Shown here: positions 9,734 through 20,321 of the stretch, in pieces
Layout: every line of letters begins with the position of its first letter
Position numbering within the stretch: the stretch's first letter is position 1
From: Nitrosopumilus sp.
GTDB lineage: Archaea > Thermoproteota > Nitrososphaeria > Nitrososphaerales > Nitrosopumilaceae
DNA length: 64,000 nucleotides
Assembly: GCA_965206745.1 (NCBI GenBank)
Contig: OZ242220.1
Coordinates: 704,001-768,000 of the forward strand
Direction: 5' to 3'
Made by a program: the position numbers and the translations under genes
The notes under the pieces: model-generated
Told to the model about the DNA's origin: nothing
The model's database searches: none
Seen by the model: the letters and a program-made list of their open reading frames with translations, nothing else

Positions 9734-10585
9734 CTATTTTTCAACTGCTTTTACCATTTTTGTTAGTCTCTTGTATGATTCACCAATGTCCGTATGCTTG
9801 GCTAGTCTCTCTTGGCATTCCTTGATGTATGTTACCACTTCCTCCGTCTTTGATTCTTGGACAGCTGTTAACAGTCTGCCGATGTCCTTCCAAAGCTCCT
9901 CTGCAACTCTGCGAATCTCGGGGTTTGCAATGATCGTCTCAATTAGCTCAGGAGACTCTGTCATGATGCTTTCTGCTAGTGTCTTTTGAACTCTAAAAGT
10001 GGTGCCAGACATTTTTTCTGTAAGATTCATCTTTTCATCTTTTGAAATGATGTTTGCAAAAACCAGATTCATTAAATGGGTCAATCCTAAAATCACGGCG
10101 ATCTTTTTGTCATGCTCGGCTGCGTCAATTGTTACAAAGTTTGCGCCTTCAAATAATGTTTTTGCAACCGTCAACTCCTTTTTGGCATCTTTGATTGGAA
10201 CCGAAATGATGTTTTGGCCTTTTATCGTCTTGATTCCTGGGCCAAACATTGGGTGAATACAGATGGGATTAATTTTTGCCGGCATCTTTGATAATGATGA
10301 AACGACTTTGGATTTTTCAGATGAAATTTCAATTAGGTATGTTCCACGCTTCATTTCTTTTGCAATGAGTCTGATTATCTCCGGTGTCCTTCTTGTGGGT
10401 GTACAAAGAACAACGTAATCTGCCTTTAAAATTCCTCCAACGAGTGATTCTGATACGATGATATCTTTTCCTGAAACTTTGTTCTCTGAATCGTACCCTG
10501 TTACTTTAAACCCCTTACTTGTAAAATACTTTGAGAACCACTGTCCCATTTGACCCCCTCCGCCAATCACTGTAACCTGCTTCAT
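9734..10585 (-). CDS. tyrA: Prephenate dehydrogenase
   Basis: IGGGGQMG Rossmann motif, HPMFGP, EHDKKIAVILGLTH. Confidence 0.9.
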   Translation of the reverse strand: MKQVTVIGGGGQMGQWFSKYFTSKGFKVTGYDSENKVSGKDIIVSESLVGGILKADYVVLCTPTRRTPEIIRLIAKEMKRGTYLIEISSEKSKVVSSLSKMPAKINPICIHPMFGPGIKTIKGQNIISVPIKDAKKELTVAKTLFEGANFVTIDAAEHDKKIAVILGLTHLMNLVFANIISKDEKMNLTEKMSGTTFRVQKTLAESIMTESPELIETIIANPEIRRVAEELWKDIGRLLTAVQESKTEEVVTYIKECQERLAKHTDIGESYKRLTKMVKAVEK

Positions 10586-11952
10586 TTGTTACCACTCATT
10601 ATGCTGCTTAGTATATTCATTCCTTCAATTAATGTTTCTTCGTCTTGACACGCAGAAAGTCTGATAAAATCCTTGTAATCCCCAAATCCTTCTCCTGGTG
10701 CCACTGCTAGTCCTTTCTCTAGGGCGTTATTGGCAAATTCAGTCCCCTCAAAGCCCTCTTGGTTAATTCTTGCAAAAAGGTACATTGCACCATCTGGTCT
10801 GATAAAGTCCAATCCCATCTCATCTGCTTTTTGTGCCAACACCTCTAGTCTATTTTGTACCGTATTAGTATTATTGGATATGTCTGCTTCAAGAGCCTTC
10901 ATGGCCACATATTGAATTGGTTCTGAGACGTTGGTAAGGCATAATGCCTCCAATTTCGCCATTTTCTCAATTATTTTTGGATTTGCAATGCCGTATCCTA
11001 TTCTGAACCCTGTCATTGCGTGTGATTTTGAAAATGATTGGGTCACGATGCTTTTTTCATAGTTATAACTGAGGATGCTTTTCCAACCCGTATTTGCATA
11101 CTGTGAATAAATTTCATCACTGAGTACGTACAGATCATTCTTTCTTGCCAATTCAATGATGTCGTCTTGTAATTTCTCATTTAGGATCTTTCCTGTCGGA
11201 TTGTTTGGATAGTTCAAAACAATCATCTTTGTATTTGAATTAATCGTGTTTTTGATCTGCTCTAATGATGGCTCCCATTTATCCTCAAAGGTTGTATTGA
11301 TGGTTTTGACTTTGATTCCGGAATTTAATGCGCATTCTTTGTAGGCTGGCCATGCAGGCTCTATGACAACCATCTCGTCTCCTGGATCTAACAGAGTTGC
11401 AATTGCCGTGAAAATCGAAAACCTTGCACCAGGACTTACAATGATGTTGTCCTGTTGAATGTTCACATTGAATTTTTTTGATACGTATTTTGCAAGTGCT
11501 TCTCTAAATGCCGGCATCCCCTTTGCCTGACCGTATTTTAGAAATCCTTCATCGAAGACTTTTGCCAATGCATCCTTTACGATGGTTGGTGGCAAAAAGT
11601 CTGGTTCCCCGACTTCCATGTGGATAATTTTTTTCCCTTGCGCTTCAAGTGATTTTGCTTTTAAGAATATTGAAAGATGTGTTTGTTTGTTGGCAGATTG
11701 AACTTTGATTGATTCATTTAGCAGAAAATTTAAAAATTTGGTTGCCATCGTCTGATCCAGCTTGATATCGCTGCACAGTGAAATTACCTTTTCACGCAGA
11801 TTGCTTTCTCTTGCTTGGTCTGTCACCCCTTTGCCGATATTTTTTTTGACTTTTCCTATCTCTTTTGCGATGTCCGTCCTAGTTTTTAGCAACTCTATCA
11901 TCTTTAGAGTAACCTCGTCCATTTTGTTTCGAAGATCGTTGATATCTGACAT
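10582..11952 (-). CDS. Chorismate mutase (AroQ) - class I PLP aminotransferase fusion
   Basis: N-terminal INDLRNKMDEV..LLKTR..IGKVK..DQARE; then HMEVGEPDF, NYPNNPTG, SDEIY, SFSKSHAMTGFRIG; start moved to ATG 11952. Confidence 0.88.
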   Translation of the reverse strand: MSDINDLRNKMDEVTLKMIELLKTRTDIAKEIGKVKKNIGKGVTDQARESNLREKVISLCSDIKLDQTMATKFLNFLLNESIKVQSANKQTHLSIFLKAKSLEAQGKKIIHMEVGEPDFLPPTIVKDALAKVFDEGFLKYGQAKGMPAFREALAKYVSKKFNVNIQQDNIIVSPGARFSIFTAIATLLDPGDEMVVIEPAWPAYKECALNSGIKVKTINTTFEDKWEPSLEQIKNTINSNTKMIVLNYPNNPTGKILNEKLQDDIIELARKNDLYVLSDEIYSQYANTGWKSILSYNYEKSIVTQSFSKSHAMTGFRIGYGIANPKIIEKMAKLEALCLTNVSEPIQYVAMKALEADISNNTNTVQNRLEVLAQKADEMGLDFIRPDGAMYLFARINQEGFEGTEFANNALEKGLAVAPGEGFGDYKDFIRLSACQDEETLIEGMNILSSIMSGNK

Positions 11953-11956
11953 TTTC

Positions 11957-13054
11957 TTACAGTACTGGTTTGATCGTCCCTGAAAGGAGTGCATGGTCTG
12001 CTATTGTTAATGCTACAAGTGAATCTACTACCGGTGGAGCCCTTGGTACGACACATGGGTCATGCCTGCCTTTGACTTGAAGGATCGTCTCTTTTTTTGT
12101 TTTAATGTCTACTGTTTTTTGTTTTTGAGCAATAGATGATGCTGGCTTGAAAGCAATCCTCATGGTTATCGGCATTCCGTTAGAGATGCCTCCTAAGATC
12201 CCCCCGGATCTGTTTGTCTCTGTAACTATCTTCCCCCTCTTCACCGTATACAAGTCATTGTTTTCTGAACCATAAAGTTCCGAACCTTCAAATCCGGATC
12301 CAAACTCAATTCCTTTCACAGACGGAATTGAAAAAATTGCTTTACTCAAATCTGACTCTAATGAGCTAAAAATGGGCTCACCTAATCCTACTGGAACGTT
12401 GGTTGTTACTGATTCGATTATTCCTCCAAGCGAATCTCCTCGCTTTTTTGCATCTAGGATCTTCTCTCTCATTATTTTTGCAGTCCTGATCTCTGGACAT
12501 CTTACTTCATTTTTGTAAATTCTACTGGCCATCTTTCCATCAAATTCCTTTTCCATCTTTATCTTTCCAATTTGTGATGTAAATGAATTTGTTTGAACAC
12601 CTAGTGCTACTTTGAGTAATTTTCTTGCAATGGCACCTCCCATAACGTGGGTTGCAGTTAGCCTCCCTGAAAATCTACCTCCTCCTCTATGATCATTGTA
12701 ATGGTTATATTTTATCATGGCTGGATAGTCTGAATGTCCTGGTCTTAGCTTTGTTTTCAAATTTTCATAATCATTTGATTTTTGATCACCGTTCCAAATT
12801 AACATTGTAATTGGGGCGCCTGTAGTATGACCTCTAAAAACCCCTGAAATAATTTCAACAATGTCACCTTCCTTTCTTTGTGTTGAAATCAGATTTTGTC
12901 CTGGCCTTCTGAGATCTAGCATCTTTTGAATATCTTTTTCATCAATTTCTAATCCTGCTGGGCAGCCATCTAAAACTGCCCCAATTGATTTCCCATGACT
13001 TTCGCCAAAACTTGTTAAAACAAGACGCTGACCAATAGAACTTCCCGGCAACAC
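11957..13054 (-). CDS. aroC: Chorismate synthase
   Basis: FGESHG, RPGHSD, GGGRFSGR, GRHDPCVVPRA. Confidence 0.97.
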   Translation of the reverse strand: MLPGSSIGQRLVLTSFGESHGKSIGAVLDGCPAGLEIDEKDIQKMLDLRRPGQNLISTQRKEGDIVEIISGVFRGHTTGAPITMLIWNGDQKSNDYENLKTKLRPGHSDYPAMIKYNHYNDHRGGGRFSGRLTATHVMGGAIARKLLKVALGVQTNSFTSQIGKIKMEKEFDGKMASRIYKNEVRCPEIRTAKIMREKILDAKKRGDSLGGIIESVTTNVPVGLGEPIFSSLESDLSKAIFSIPSVKGIEFGSGFEGSELYGSENNDLYTVKRGKIVTETNRSGGILGGISNGMPITMRIAFKPASSIAQKQKTVDIKTKKETILQVKGRHDPCVVPRAPPVVDSLVALTIADHALLSGTIKPVL

Positions 13055-13381
13055 ATTATCAAAGTTAGTCGATGTTTATAATTCCTCATTCTGGGCCTTG
13101 ACCGAAATATGTTGCATGATTGATATCTTTTGGGCTCTACATTATGCCTGTTTAAAAATTATGATATTATTGAATATAATATGAAATAATTATAATATAT
13201 TCTTAAATATCCTAATAATATACATAATATGTGAGAAATCGTGTAAATTATAGAGAATAGTTTGCGCGGCTCTGCAAAAAAGTCATGTTATCTACGCAAA
13301 AGCGTTGTGGGTGAGGAGAATGCTTTTCATCCTATACAGGGTCGCATCTCTTACCTCTTGATGATTTTCTGGAAAGTACTT

Positions 13382-14650
13382 TTAATCAATTTGGATCTTT
13401 GCACCCATCTGCCTCATCTCCTCTACAAAATTAGGGTATGATACTTTGACTGATTCCGGGTCTGATACTGTGCAGTCACCTACATACATTCCTGCAATAC
13501 AAAATGCCATAAATAATCGATGATCCCCCTTTGACGTTAAATCTGCACCTGAGATGTTTTCAGATGCCTCTAAAATCATGCCGTCTTCTTTCTCTTGAAT
13601 TTTGATTCCAAGTTTTACCAATTCCCTTGAAATGACTGCAATTCTATCTGTCTCCTTTAATCTTGCATGTTTTACGTTGAATATTTCAATTGGTGCTGAT
13701 GAACATAGTGCCAAAATTGCAAGTGGTGGAAGAAGATCTGGGGAATTGTTTAGATCAAATCTTCCCCCGTTTAATCTTTCAGGAGATTTGATTCTGATTT
13801 GTTGATCATCAATTGCAACTTTGACTCCCATCTGTTCTAAAATGTCGATAAATACTTCGTCTCCCTGAGGAAGATCTCCTATATTTCCATTTATTGTAAC
13901 GTCTTTTCCGTTTAGTACTGTTGCTGAAAGAAGAAGAGCAAGACTTGAAAAGTCTATGGGAACAGTAAATGCTGTTTCCTTGTAGATCTGCGGGGATATG
14001 TTGTATCTTTTGTATGGGATTAGTGTCTGCACTGTTACCCCGAACTTTCTCATTGTGACAATTGTTGCATCAAGATATGGTTTTGATACCAGATTTCCCT
14101 CTATCGTTAAATTGATTCCTTTTTCTGTAAGTGGTGCACAAATTAATAATGCTGAAATAAATTGACTGGAAAAATTTCCTGGAATTCTTACCTCTCCTCC
14201 CACAATCTTCCCTTTAATTTTGATTGGGGGATTGCCATTTGTTGAACTGCATTGTGCACCTATGCTTGAGAGGGCATCTAGGAGAGACTGCATGGGTCTT
14301 TTCTGCAGACTTGAATCTCCAGTCAATGTAATTTCTTGAGAAAACAAACTGGCAATACCTGCCGCTATTCTAATTGTGGTGCCGGAGTTTTCTGTGTTAA
14401 TTTCAGGCACATTTGTGCCTGTTTTTATCGAATCTTTCACAATTATTGACGAATCTCTTATTTCGATTTCTGCTCCAAATTTTCTACATGCTTCAATCGT
14501 TGCATTGGTATCTGCGGAGAATAATACGTTCTCCACACTGCTGTCTTTTCCGGCAAGCGATGCTAGAAAGATTGCCCTGTGCGTGTAACTCTTGTTTGGG
14601 GGACAAACTATTTGACCTGTGATTCTGGATTTCTCAATTTTACACTTCAT
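13382..14650 (-). CDS. aroA: EPSP synthase (3-phosphoshikimate 1-carboxyvinyltransferase)
   Basis: KSYTHRA, NSGTTIR, SSQFISALL, RLKETDRI, GDHRLFM. Confidence 0.95.
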   Translation of the reverse strand: MKCKIEKSRITGQIVCPPNKSYTHRAIFLASLAGKDSSVENVLFSADTNATIEACRKFGAEIEIRDSSIIVKDSIKTGTNVPEINTENSGTTIRIAAGIASLFSQEITLTGDSSLQKRPMQSLLDALSSIGAQCSSTNGNPPIKIKGKIVGGEVRIPGNFSSQFISALLICAPLTEKGINLTIEGNLVSKPYLDATIVTMRKFGVTVQTLIPYKRYNISPQIYKETAFTVPIDFSSLALLLSATVLNGKDVTINGNIGDLPQGDEVFIDILEQMGVKVAIDDQQIRIKSPERLNGGRFDLNNSPDLLPPLAILALCSSAPIEIFNVKHARLKETDRIAVISRELVKLGIKIQEKEDGMILEASENISGADLTSKGDHRLFMAFCIAGMYVGDCTVSDPESVKVSYPNFVEEMRQMGAKIQID

Positions 14651-15497
14651 GAACTTCTGCCTTTTTGTTGCTGATTTTTGAAACGATGATGTTTCCTTCT
14701 AATGCCGAAAACATTTTTTTTATTGCAGTTTCATTTTCTTTCTTTGTTATTGCGACAATTGATGGTCCATTGCCTGAAACTGATGCACCCAGTGCTCCTT
14801 TTTCAATCAAACCTGTGATGATTTTAGAATCTGAATTTAAAATAGATGCCGTAGCTAACCCATTTACTGTCATTGCATCCCAGTAATTTGTCTTCCTAGA
14901 TAACTCCCATGCATTTTCAAATATTGAGGCAAGGATTTTGAGTTTTTTTAGATTTCCTCTTTTTCTGTTCTTTGGAATAAATATGACTGCACTTAAATTA
15001 GTTGGACCTCTCTCAAACCTGACTCTCTTCTTGTTTGCATTGTCTGTTACATTAAATCCTCCATAGTAGCAAGAACAGGCATCATCGTATGCCCCAGTTA
15101 TGCTGACTTTGGATTCAATTGATGCCTCCACCCCTGCAAGTAAAATCTGCTGATCTGTTAATTTAGGTTTGAATATTTTGGCACATGCTAGGGCAATGGC
15201 CGAAGAGATGGCACTAGAGCTTTTCAAACCATACCCAGTAGGAATTTCAGAGTCTAGCGTGATTGAAATCTTGTTTTGCTCCAGGTCTTTTTTTGAAGCA
15301 ACTTTCTCTACTGTCTTGTTGATTAGACGAGAGCTTAGGCTCTTGTTTTCAGACTGAATCGAAATTCCTTTCCCTGGGCTGGTCTCCACAGTGGTCTCCA
15401 CCCTTAATGCAATTCCCACAGTTGCCCCCTTTTGATTTGCAATCGCATTAACTAGCGATACTGCTCCATGGACTGTAGCCTTTACTTTTGCCATCAA
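14640..15497 (-). CDS. aroK: Archaeal GHMP-type shikimate kinase
   Basis: GAVSLVNAIA, SEIPTGYGLKSSSA, TGAYDDA, SGNGPS. Confidence 0.92.
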   Translation of the reverse strand: MMAKVKATVHGAVSLVNAIANQKGATVGIALRVETTVETSPGKGISIQSENKSLSSRLINKTVEKVASKKDLEQNKISITLDSEIPTGYGLKSSSAISSAIALACAKIFKPKLTDQQILLAGVEASIESKVSITGAYDDACSCYYGGFNVTDNANKKRVRFERGPTNLSAVIFIPKNRKRGNLKKLKILASIFENAWELSRKTNYWDAMTVNGLATASILNSDSKIITGLIEKGALGASVSGNGPSIVAITKKENETAIKKMFSALEGNIIVSKISNKKAEVHEV

Positions 15498-16315
15498 AAT
15501 CCTCCTAGCAATGCTTTTTTCATCGCATTATAAGGTGCTTCTATGCCGTGCCAAATCTCAAAAGATCTAACTGCCTGACCTAGAAGCATCTCATAGCCAT
15601 AAATTATGATTGCTTTTTCTGCTTTTGCTTTTTTGATAAAATCCGTATTCATTGGCATGTACACAATATCATAAACAATTGTTTTCTCATTGATCCCATC
15701 CAATGAAATTGCACTGGATTCGTTTTTCAATCCCACTGATGTGGCATTGACAATAATGTCGTAATCCTTTGCTGTATCTCTGACATCTTCCATTTTTACG
15801 GCATCTGCGTTCAATCCAATCGTTTTTGAAAATTCTGAAAGATTCGATGCTCTTTCCAATGTTCTATTTGCAATGGTTATACTGCCTGCTTTTTCTTTTG
15901 CAAATCCTGCCACAATTGCTCTTGCAGCCCCGCCTGCCCCGATTAACAGGACTTTGGTCCCCTCAACCTTCAACTCCCTTCTCTTAAGAGGTTCTAGAAA
16001 TCCATCCATGTCCGTGTTGTATCCTTTTAGAACCCCGTCTTTGTTTGAGACTGTGTTGACGGCTCCAATCAAACTGCATGATTCGTCCATTTTATCCAAA
16101 TACCTTACCATCTCAATTTTGTGTGGAATTGTGATGTTAAAGCCGTCAATCTTGATCTTCTTTAGTCCTTTTATCCCCTCTTCTAACTCCCCCCTTGGAA
16201 TTCTGTATGCGATGTATGATGAATCTAGATCCAATTCCCTAAATGCTGCACTGTGAATATTTGGGGACAGTGAATGATCAATAGGATCTCCGATCACTGC
16301 AAATGACTTGCTCAT
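15494..16315 (-). CDS. aroE: Shikimate dehydrogenase
   Basis: GDPIDHSLSP, NITIPHK, GAVNT, GYNTD, GAGGAARA. Confidence 0.95.
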   Translation of the reverse strand: MSKSFAVIGDPIDHSLSPNIHSAAFRELDLDSSYIAYRIPRGELEEGIKGLKKIKIDGFNITIPHKIEMVRYLDKMDESCSLIGAVNTVSNKDGVLKGYNTDMDGFLEPLKRRELKVEGTKVLLIGAGGAARAIVAGFAKEKAGSITIANRTLERASNLSEFSKTIGLNADAVKMEDVRDTAKDYDIIVNATSVGLKNESSAISLDGINEKTIVYDIVYMPMNTDFIKKAKAEKAIIIYGYEMLLGQAVRSFEIWHGIEAPYNAMKKALLGGF

Positions 16316-16365
16316 CTGATTTTCCTGTATATCATGATTGATTTAAACTCTCAACTGCCGAACTG

Positions 16366-17037
16366 TTATTTTTTTAAATTCGTAATTCTTTTCACTTCAT
16401 CCACGCTGAACTGTCCTGGGGCGATTGCCTTTCCGAGCGATACGTAGGTGTATGGGCTTCCTAAATACAGGCACAAAATCCTTGAAATTCTGCCATAATC
16501 GCCCATTGCAAATGAGATCAGGTTGTTTTTCCCTCTTTTACTGTACAGTTCTAACATCCTAGCTGAATCGTCAGTTGTTTTTGCAGTGCTTACTATTTTT
16601 ACATTTGATGAAAATTTACTCATTTGAGCCATCTTCTTTTTGAGTTCTGCCGAACTAGGTGTCTTTTTAAAATCATGCCATGAAACAAGTAACTTTGTTT
16701 TTGTGGATTTCAAATATTTTGCCAATGCTGGGTTTCTCTTTAGTGTGTTAAACTCGATATCTAGTAGGAACGGATTATACTCTGCAATTAGTTTTATGAT
16801 TGCAATTCTCTCTTTTTCATTCCCATGAAACACTCCGCCCTCGTTTTTTGGTCTTAGTGTGCACACGATCCTACTTAGATCTTTTTTTACCATCTCTAGT
16901 ACCTCTGGAATTTGCTCGATTTTTAGAAAGTCTAATCTCACTTCAGCAAAATCCGATTTTAAAAGGGCGACTTTTAATATTTTTTTAGTTTTTGCCGGTG
17001 TCTGCTCTGCAATTGAAACGCATGTCCTGTACTTCAT
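16366..17037 (-). CDS. aroD: Type I 3-dehydroquinate dehydratase
   Basis: EVRLD, SWHDFKKTP, AMGDYGRISR, APGQ. Confidence 0.93.
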   Translation of the reverse strand: MKYRTCVSIAEQTPAKTKKILKVALLKSDFAEVRLDFLKIEQIPEVLEMVKKDLSRIVCTLRPKNEGGVFHGNEKERIAIIKLIAEYNPFLLDIEFNTLKRNPALAKYLKSTKTKLLVSWHDFKKTPSSAELKKKMAQMSKFSSNVKIVSTAKTTDDSARMLELYSKRGKNNLISFAMGDYGRISRILCLYLGSPYTYVSLGKAIAPGQFSVDEVKRITNLKK

Positions 17038-18092
17038 TTTTCCAAAATATATTCGTCAGAAACTTCCATTCCAAAATGTCTGCCTGTTGCAGGTTTTGAA
17101 TGAACCATGACGCTGTCTCCTTTCTTTAGATGTGTGACTGAAACTAGTTGCCCATTTGACTTTACAAAGCGAATCGTCTCTGCATCCTGTGCGATAATCC
17201 CTCCCGTCTCTCCATCTGCAGTAGCTTTGATCATCAACATTGGCCTGCGCTCAATTTTTGATCTTCCCACCGTAGCTCTTCTTGCCTTGCCTTTAGAATT
17301 AAGAATCAATACCTCTGAACCTGTTTCCACCTCTGAGAGGTAATTTGTTGTCCCATCTGGGGACAGCGTGTAACAGTGGACTGCACCTGCATTCACTCTA
17401 AATGGTCTAGGCGATGTAAATGATGAGCCCACCGATTCGTTATGAACTAGAAACAAAAAGTTTGATCTGCTACCTATTAGCATTCCTTCTCCTTTGTGAA
17501 GCATGGAGGCAGTATCCACACAAACGCGCTCTCCGTCTCCTACTTCTTTGATCTCTGTAATTTTTGCTGCCTTCATCTCAAAGCTCTTGGTTCCTAGGTA
17601 TATCATGACTTCACGAACTTCGTTAATTGATGACGTGCTAAAGATCACCCCATCAACACCCACTTCTAAAATTGAAAACATCTTCCGCACCTCTTCAGGG
17701 GTTTTAGCAATTGCAAAGATCTTGGTGTGAATTTTATGCAATTTTGCAATGATGTTTTCTAGTGGAATTATTTTCCAATCTTTGACTTCTACCACCACAA
17801 AATCCAGTCCTTTTTTGGCTACGGTGAGGATATTGTCAATATCTGCGTTTGATAGGATTTGGAACTTTCTTCCTGTTTTTTTACCCCTTGGTTTTGGACC
17901 TTCTTTCTCTAATATCACATAGTTTGCCGCATTTGATGGAAACACAGTTTGAAGTTTGGTTTTTGCCTTGCCTATTTTTTTTGGGTCAAGGTATACCATC
18001 CTGATGCCTTCTTCTTGCAATTGAGGCAGAAATTTGGCTAGCTGTGATTGGGACACTTTGGGTAAAATTATTAACTCTCTTGATTTACTCAA
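17034..18092 (-). CDS. aroB': 3-dehydroquinate synthase II
   Basis: DWKIIPLENIIA, RVCVDT, GEGMLIGS, RPFRVNAGAVH, KIERRPM, QDAETIR, GRHFG. Confidence 0.93.
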   Translation of the reverse strand: MSKSRELIILPKVSQSQLAKFLPQLQEEGIRMVYLDPKKIGKAKTKLQTVFPSNAANYVILEKEGPKPRGKKTGRKFQILSNADIDNILTVAKKGLDFVVVEVKDWKIIPLENIIAKLHKIHTKIFAIAKTPEEVRKMFSILEVGVDGVIFSTSSINEVREVMIYLGTKSFEMKAAKITEIKEVGDGERVCVDTASMLHKGEGMLIGSRSNFLFLVHNESVGSSFTSPRPFRVNAGAVHCYTLSPDGTTNYLSEVETGSEVLILNSKGKARRATVGRSKIERRPMLMIKATADGETGGIIAQDAETIRFVKSNGQLVSVTHLKKGDSVMVHSKPATGRHFGMEVSDEYILEK

Positions 18093-18867
18093 TTCTCTTC
18101 ATTGCTTCCTTTGCGGTTCCCTTTCTGAAAATTATCTCAGCTAATGCCTCTACCATTTTTTCAGGTCTCTTGTGTGCAAAGATGTTTCTTCCATATGTCA
18201 CTCCTTTAGCTCCGGCAGTCATTGCATCTTGGGTCATCTGAAGGACCTCCAAATCCGTTTTAGCTTTTGGTCCGCCGGCAATTACGATTGGAACTGGCGT
18301 ACTCTTTACAATCTTTGCAAATGAGTCCACATCTCCTGTATACAGCGTTTTAACAATATCTGCACCGCACTCTGCACCGATTCTTGCAACATGTCCGACA
18401 ACTTCTGGATCATGTGGGTTTTTGATGTTTTCTCCTCTTGGGTACATCATTGCTAAAAGTGGCATTCCCCATTTGTGACATTGTTCTGCCGTCATTCCTA
18501 ACTGTTCTAACATCTCTGGTTCTTCTTTGCCTCCGATGTTGATGTGCAGTGAGACTCCGTCAGCCCCCATAGCTGCTGCCTCTTTTACGGTCCCTGTTAG
18601 CATTTTACGATTTGGTGCCAATGATAATGATGTGCTGCTTGAAAAATGAACTAGAATTCCTACCTTGGCTGGTTTTGGCAGTGCTTTGAGAATTCCTTTG
18701 TTAATAATCACACTGGTGAGCCCATGTCCTTCACATCTGTAAATTGTATCTACTGGATTCTCAAGACCTTCAATAGGCCCGTTTGAAATCCCGTGATCCA
18801 TTGGAATGCAAAGCATTCTGCCTTTTCTTAAAATTCGATCAAGTCTAATTTGATTCCCTGATACCAT
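18085..18867 (-). CDS. aroA': 2-amino-3,7-dideoxy-D-threo-hept-6-ulosonate synthase (DhnA-like aldolase)
   Basis: PMDHG, MMYPRG, GADIVKT, AGGPK, GRNIF; start moved to ATG 18867; adjacent to aroB'. Confidence 0.92.
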   Translation of the reverse strand: MVSGNQIRLDRILRKGRMLCIPMDHGISNGPIEGLENPVDTIYRCEGHGLTSVIINKGILKALPKPAKVGILVHFSSSTSLSLAPNRKMLTGTVKEAAAMGADGVSLHINIGGKEEPEMLEQLGMTAEQCHKWGMPLLAMMYPRGENIKNPHDPEVVGHVARIGAECGADIVKTLYTGDVDSFAKIVKSTPVPIVIAGGPKAKTDLEVLQMTQDAMTAGAKGVTYGRNIFAHKRPEKMVEALAEIIFRKGTAKEAMKRIE

Positions 18868-18889
18868 GATCTGATCTGATTTTTGTACC

Positions 18890-19039
18890 CTACTTAAAAA
18901 TAACGTGAATCTCATCAACTTGCTCGTGATTGAATCTCGGCTCTGACCAAATAGGGTGTTTCTGCTTGGGATGCTGTAACCTTGTGATTGGCAATACATG
19001 GCCACATTTTGGACGATGTGTGAGTATGCCTCTTCTCAT
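18890..19039 (-). CDS. 49-aa ORF at the head of the aro operon (possible leader peptide)
   Basis: MRRGILTHRPKCGHVLP...IWSEPRFNHEQVDEIHVIFK, ending 22 nt before aroA'. Confidence 0.45.
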   Translation of the reverse strand: MRRGILTHRPKCGHVLPITRLQHPKQKHPIWSEPRFNHEQVDEIHVIFK

Positions 19040-19202
19040 CACCCTTGTACGGTGTCTAAGCAGATCACTGTATTTGACGATAACCTGAATTTTTGTACTT
19101 GCCTCTCTCAAATCTTGCGCACAAATCACTAATTTTGTTTGTTTCTTTTTGTTTGATATTTCTATCAAGGATTAAATAGAAATTCCAAGGGATGATGATC
19201 AC

Positions 19203-20321
19203 TTGAGTCAGACTACTGAGCAGATGCAAAAAAGCGATGTTAGAGATATCTTGGAGAATTCTCTAAATGGTAAAAGGCCTGGCCCTGAAGATTGTCTGAG
19301 GTTGTTAGAATCTGATGACGTTCATTTGATCGGCCTTACTGCAGGCCACCTAACAAGAAAACAATTTGGCAAAAAAGCCTCTTTTATCAATAATATCATT
19401 TTGAACTATACCAATGTATGTATCACCGATTGCAAATTTTGTGCATTTTATAGATCTCCTGGCGCTGATGACTCTTACACTTTGACTCTTGATGAAATTG
19501 AAACTAGGGTTAAGACTTCTTATGATATGTTCAAAATTCGCCAGGTCTTGATTCAGGGCGGACATAATCCGAATTTAAAAATTGAATATTATGAGGATGC
19601 ATTTAGAATGATTCGCGAGAAATTCCCATCTGTTGGCGTCCATGGATTATCTACCTCTGAAATTGACATGATTGCCAGAGTTGAAAAATCATCCACGCAA
19701 GAAATCTTGTCCCGATTAAAAGACGCCGGCTTGCAATCCATTCCTGGCGCCGGTGCTGAAATCTTGACTGACTCTGTTAAGGAGATTATCAGTCCTAAGA
19801 AAATCTCTAGTGCGGCCTGGATCAAAATTATGGATCAGGCGCATTCACTTGGCATTCCCGGTTCTGCAACTATGATGTATGGTAGCGTAGAAAACAATAA
19901 TGACATCGTTGAACATTTTTACAAAATTGTAAAACTGCAAGAAAAAACTAATGGGTTTATGGCATTTATCCCGTGGAATTTTGAGCCAAACAATACGTTG
20001 ATGCAAGAAGAAGGTATCGTGGATTATGGAACCGGCGGAACACAGTTGTTGAAAATGATTGCAATATCTAGACTGGTTCTTGATGGGTTAATACCTCACA
20101 TCCAATCCTCGTGGCTGACTAATGGGGTTGGCATGGCTCAACTTGCATTGCAATACGGCGCTGATGACTTTGGCGGCACTTTGATTGGGGAGGAGGTCGT
20201 CTCATGCACTGGTGCCCGTTCAACGGAGCTTACTGATAAAATAATCATTGATGCCATTCATCAAATTGGCTATCAGGTAGAAGAGCGGGATAATTTCTAT
20301 AATCCTGTCTCTGTGTTATAA
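19203..20321 (+). CDS. mqnC: Cyclic dehypoxanthine futalosine synthase (radical SAM)
   Basis: NYTNVCITDCKFCAFYR, QGGHNP, PGAGAEIL, FMAFIPW, GADDFGG; next to UbiD. Confidence 0.85.
   Translation: MSQTTEQMQKSDVRDILENSLNGKRPGPEDCLRLLESDDVHLIGLTAGHLTRKQFGKKASFINNIILNYTNVCITDCKFCAFYRSPGADDSYTLTLDEIETRVKTSYDMFKIRQVLIQGGHNPNLKIEYYEDAFRMIREKFPSVGVHGLSTSEIDMIARVEKSSTQEILSRLKDAGLQSIPGAGAEILTDSVKEIISPKKISSAAWIKIMDQAHSLGIPGSATMMYGSVENNNDIVEHFYKIVKLQEKTNGFMAFIPWNFEPNNTLMQEEGIVDYGTGGTQLLKMIAISRLVLDGLIPHIQSSWLTNGVGMAQLALQYGADDFGGTLIGEEVVSCTGARSTELTDKIIIDAIHQIGYQVEERDNFYNPVSVL

Noticed and set aside
13150-13230. Replication origin (AT-rich unwinding element)
   Set aside because: No ORB-like repeats and no cdc6/orc1 gene nearby.
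19158-19183. ATTTCTAT-N10-ATAGAAAT inverted repeat at the mqnC promoter
   Set aside because: Nearly all A/T in an AT-rich promoter; cannot be separated from chance without comparative data.
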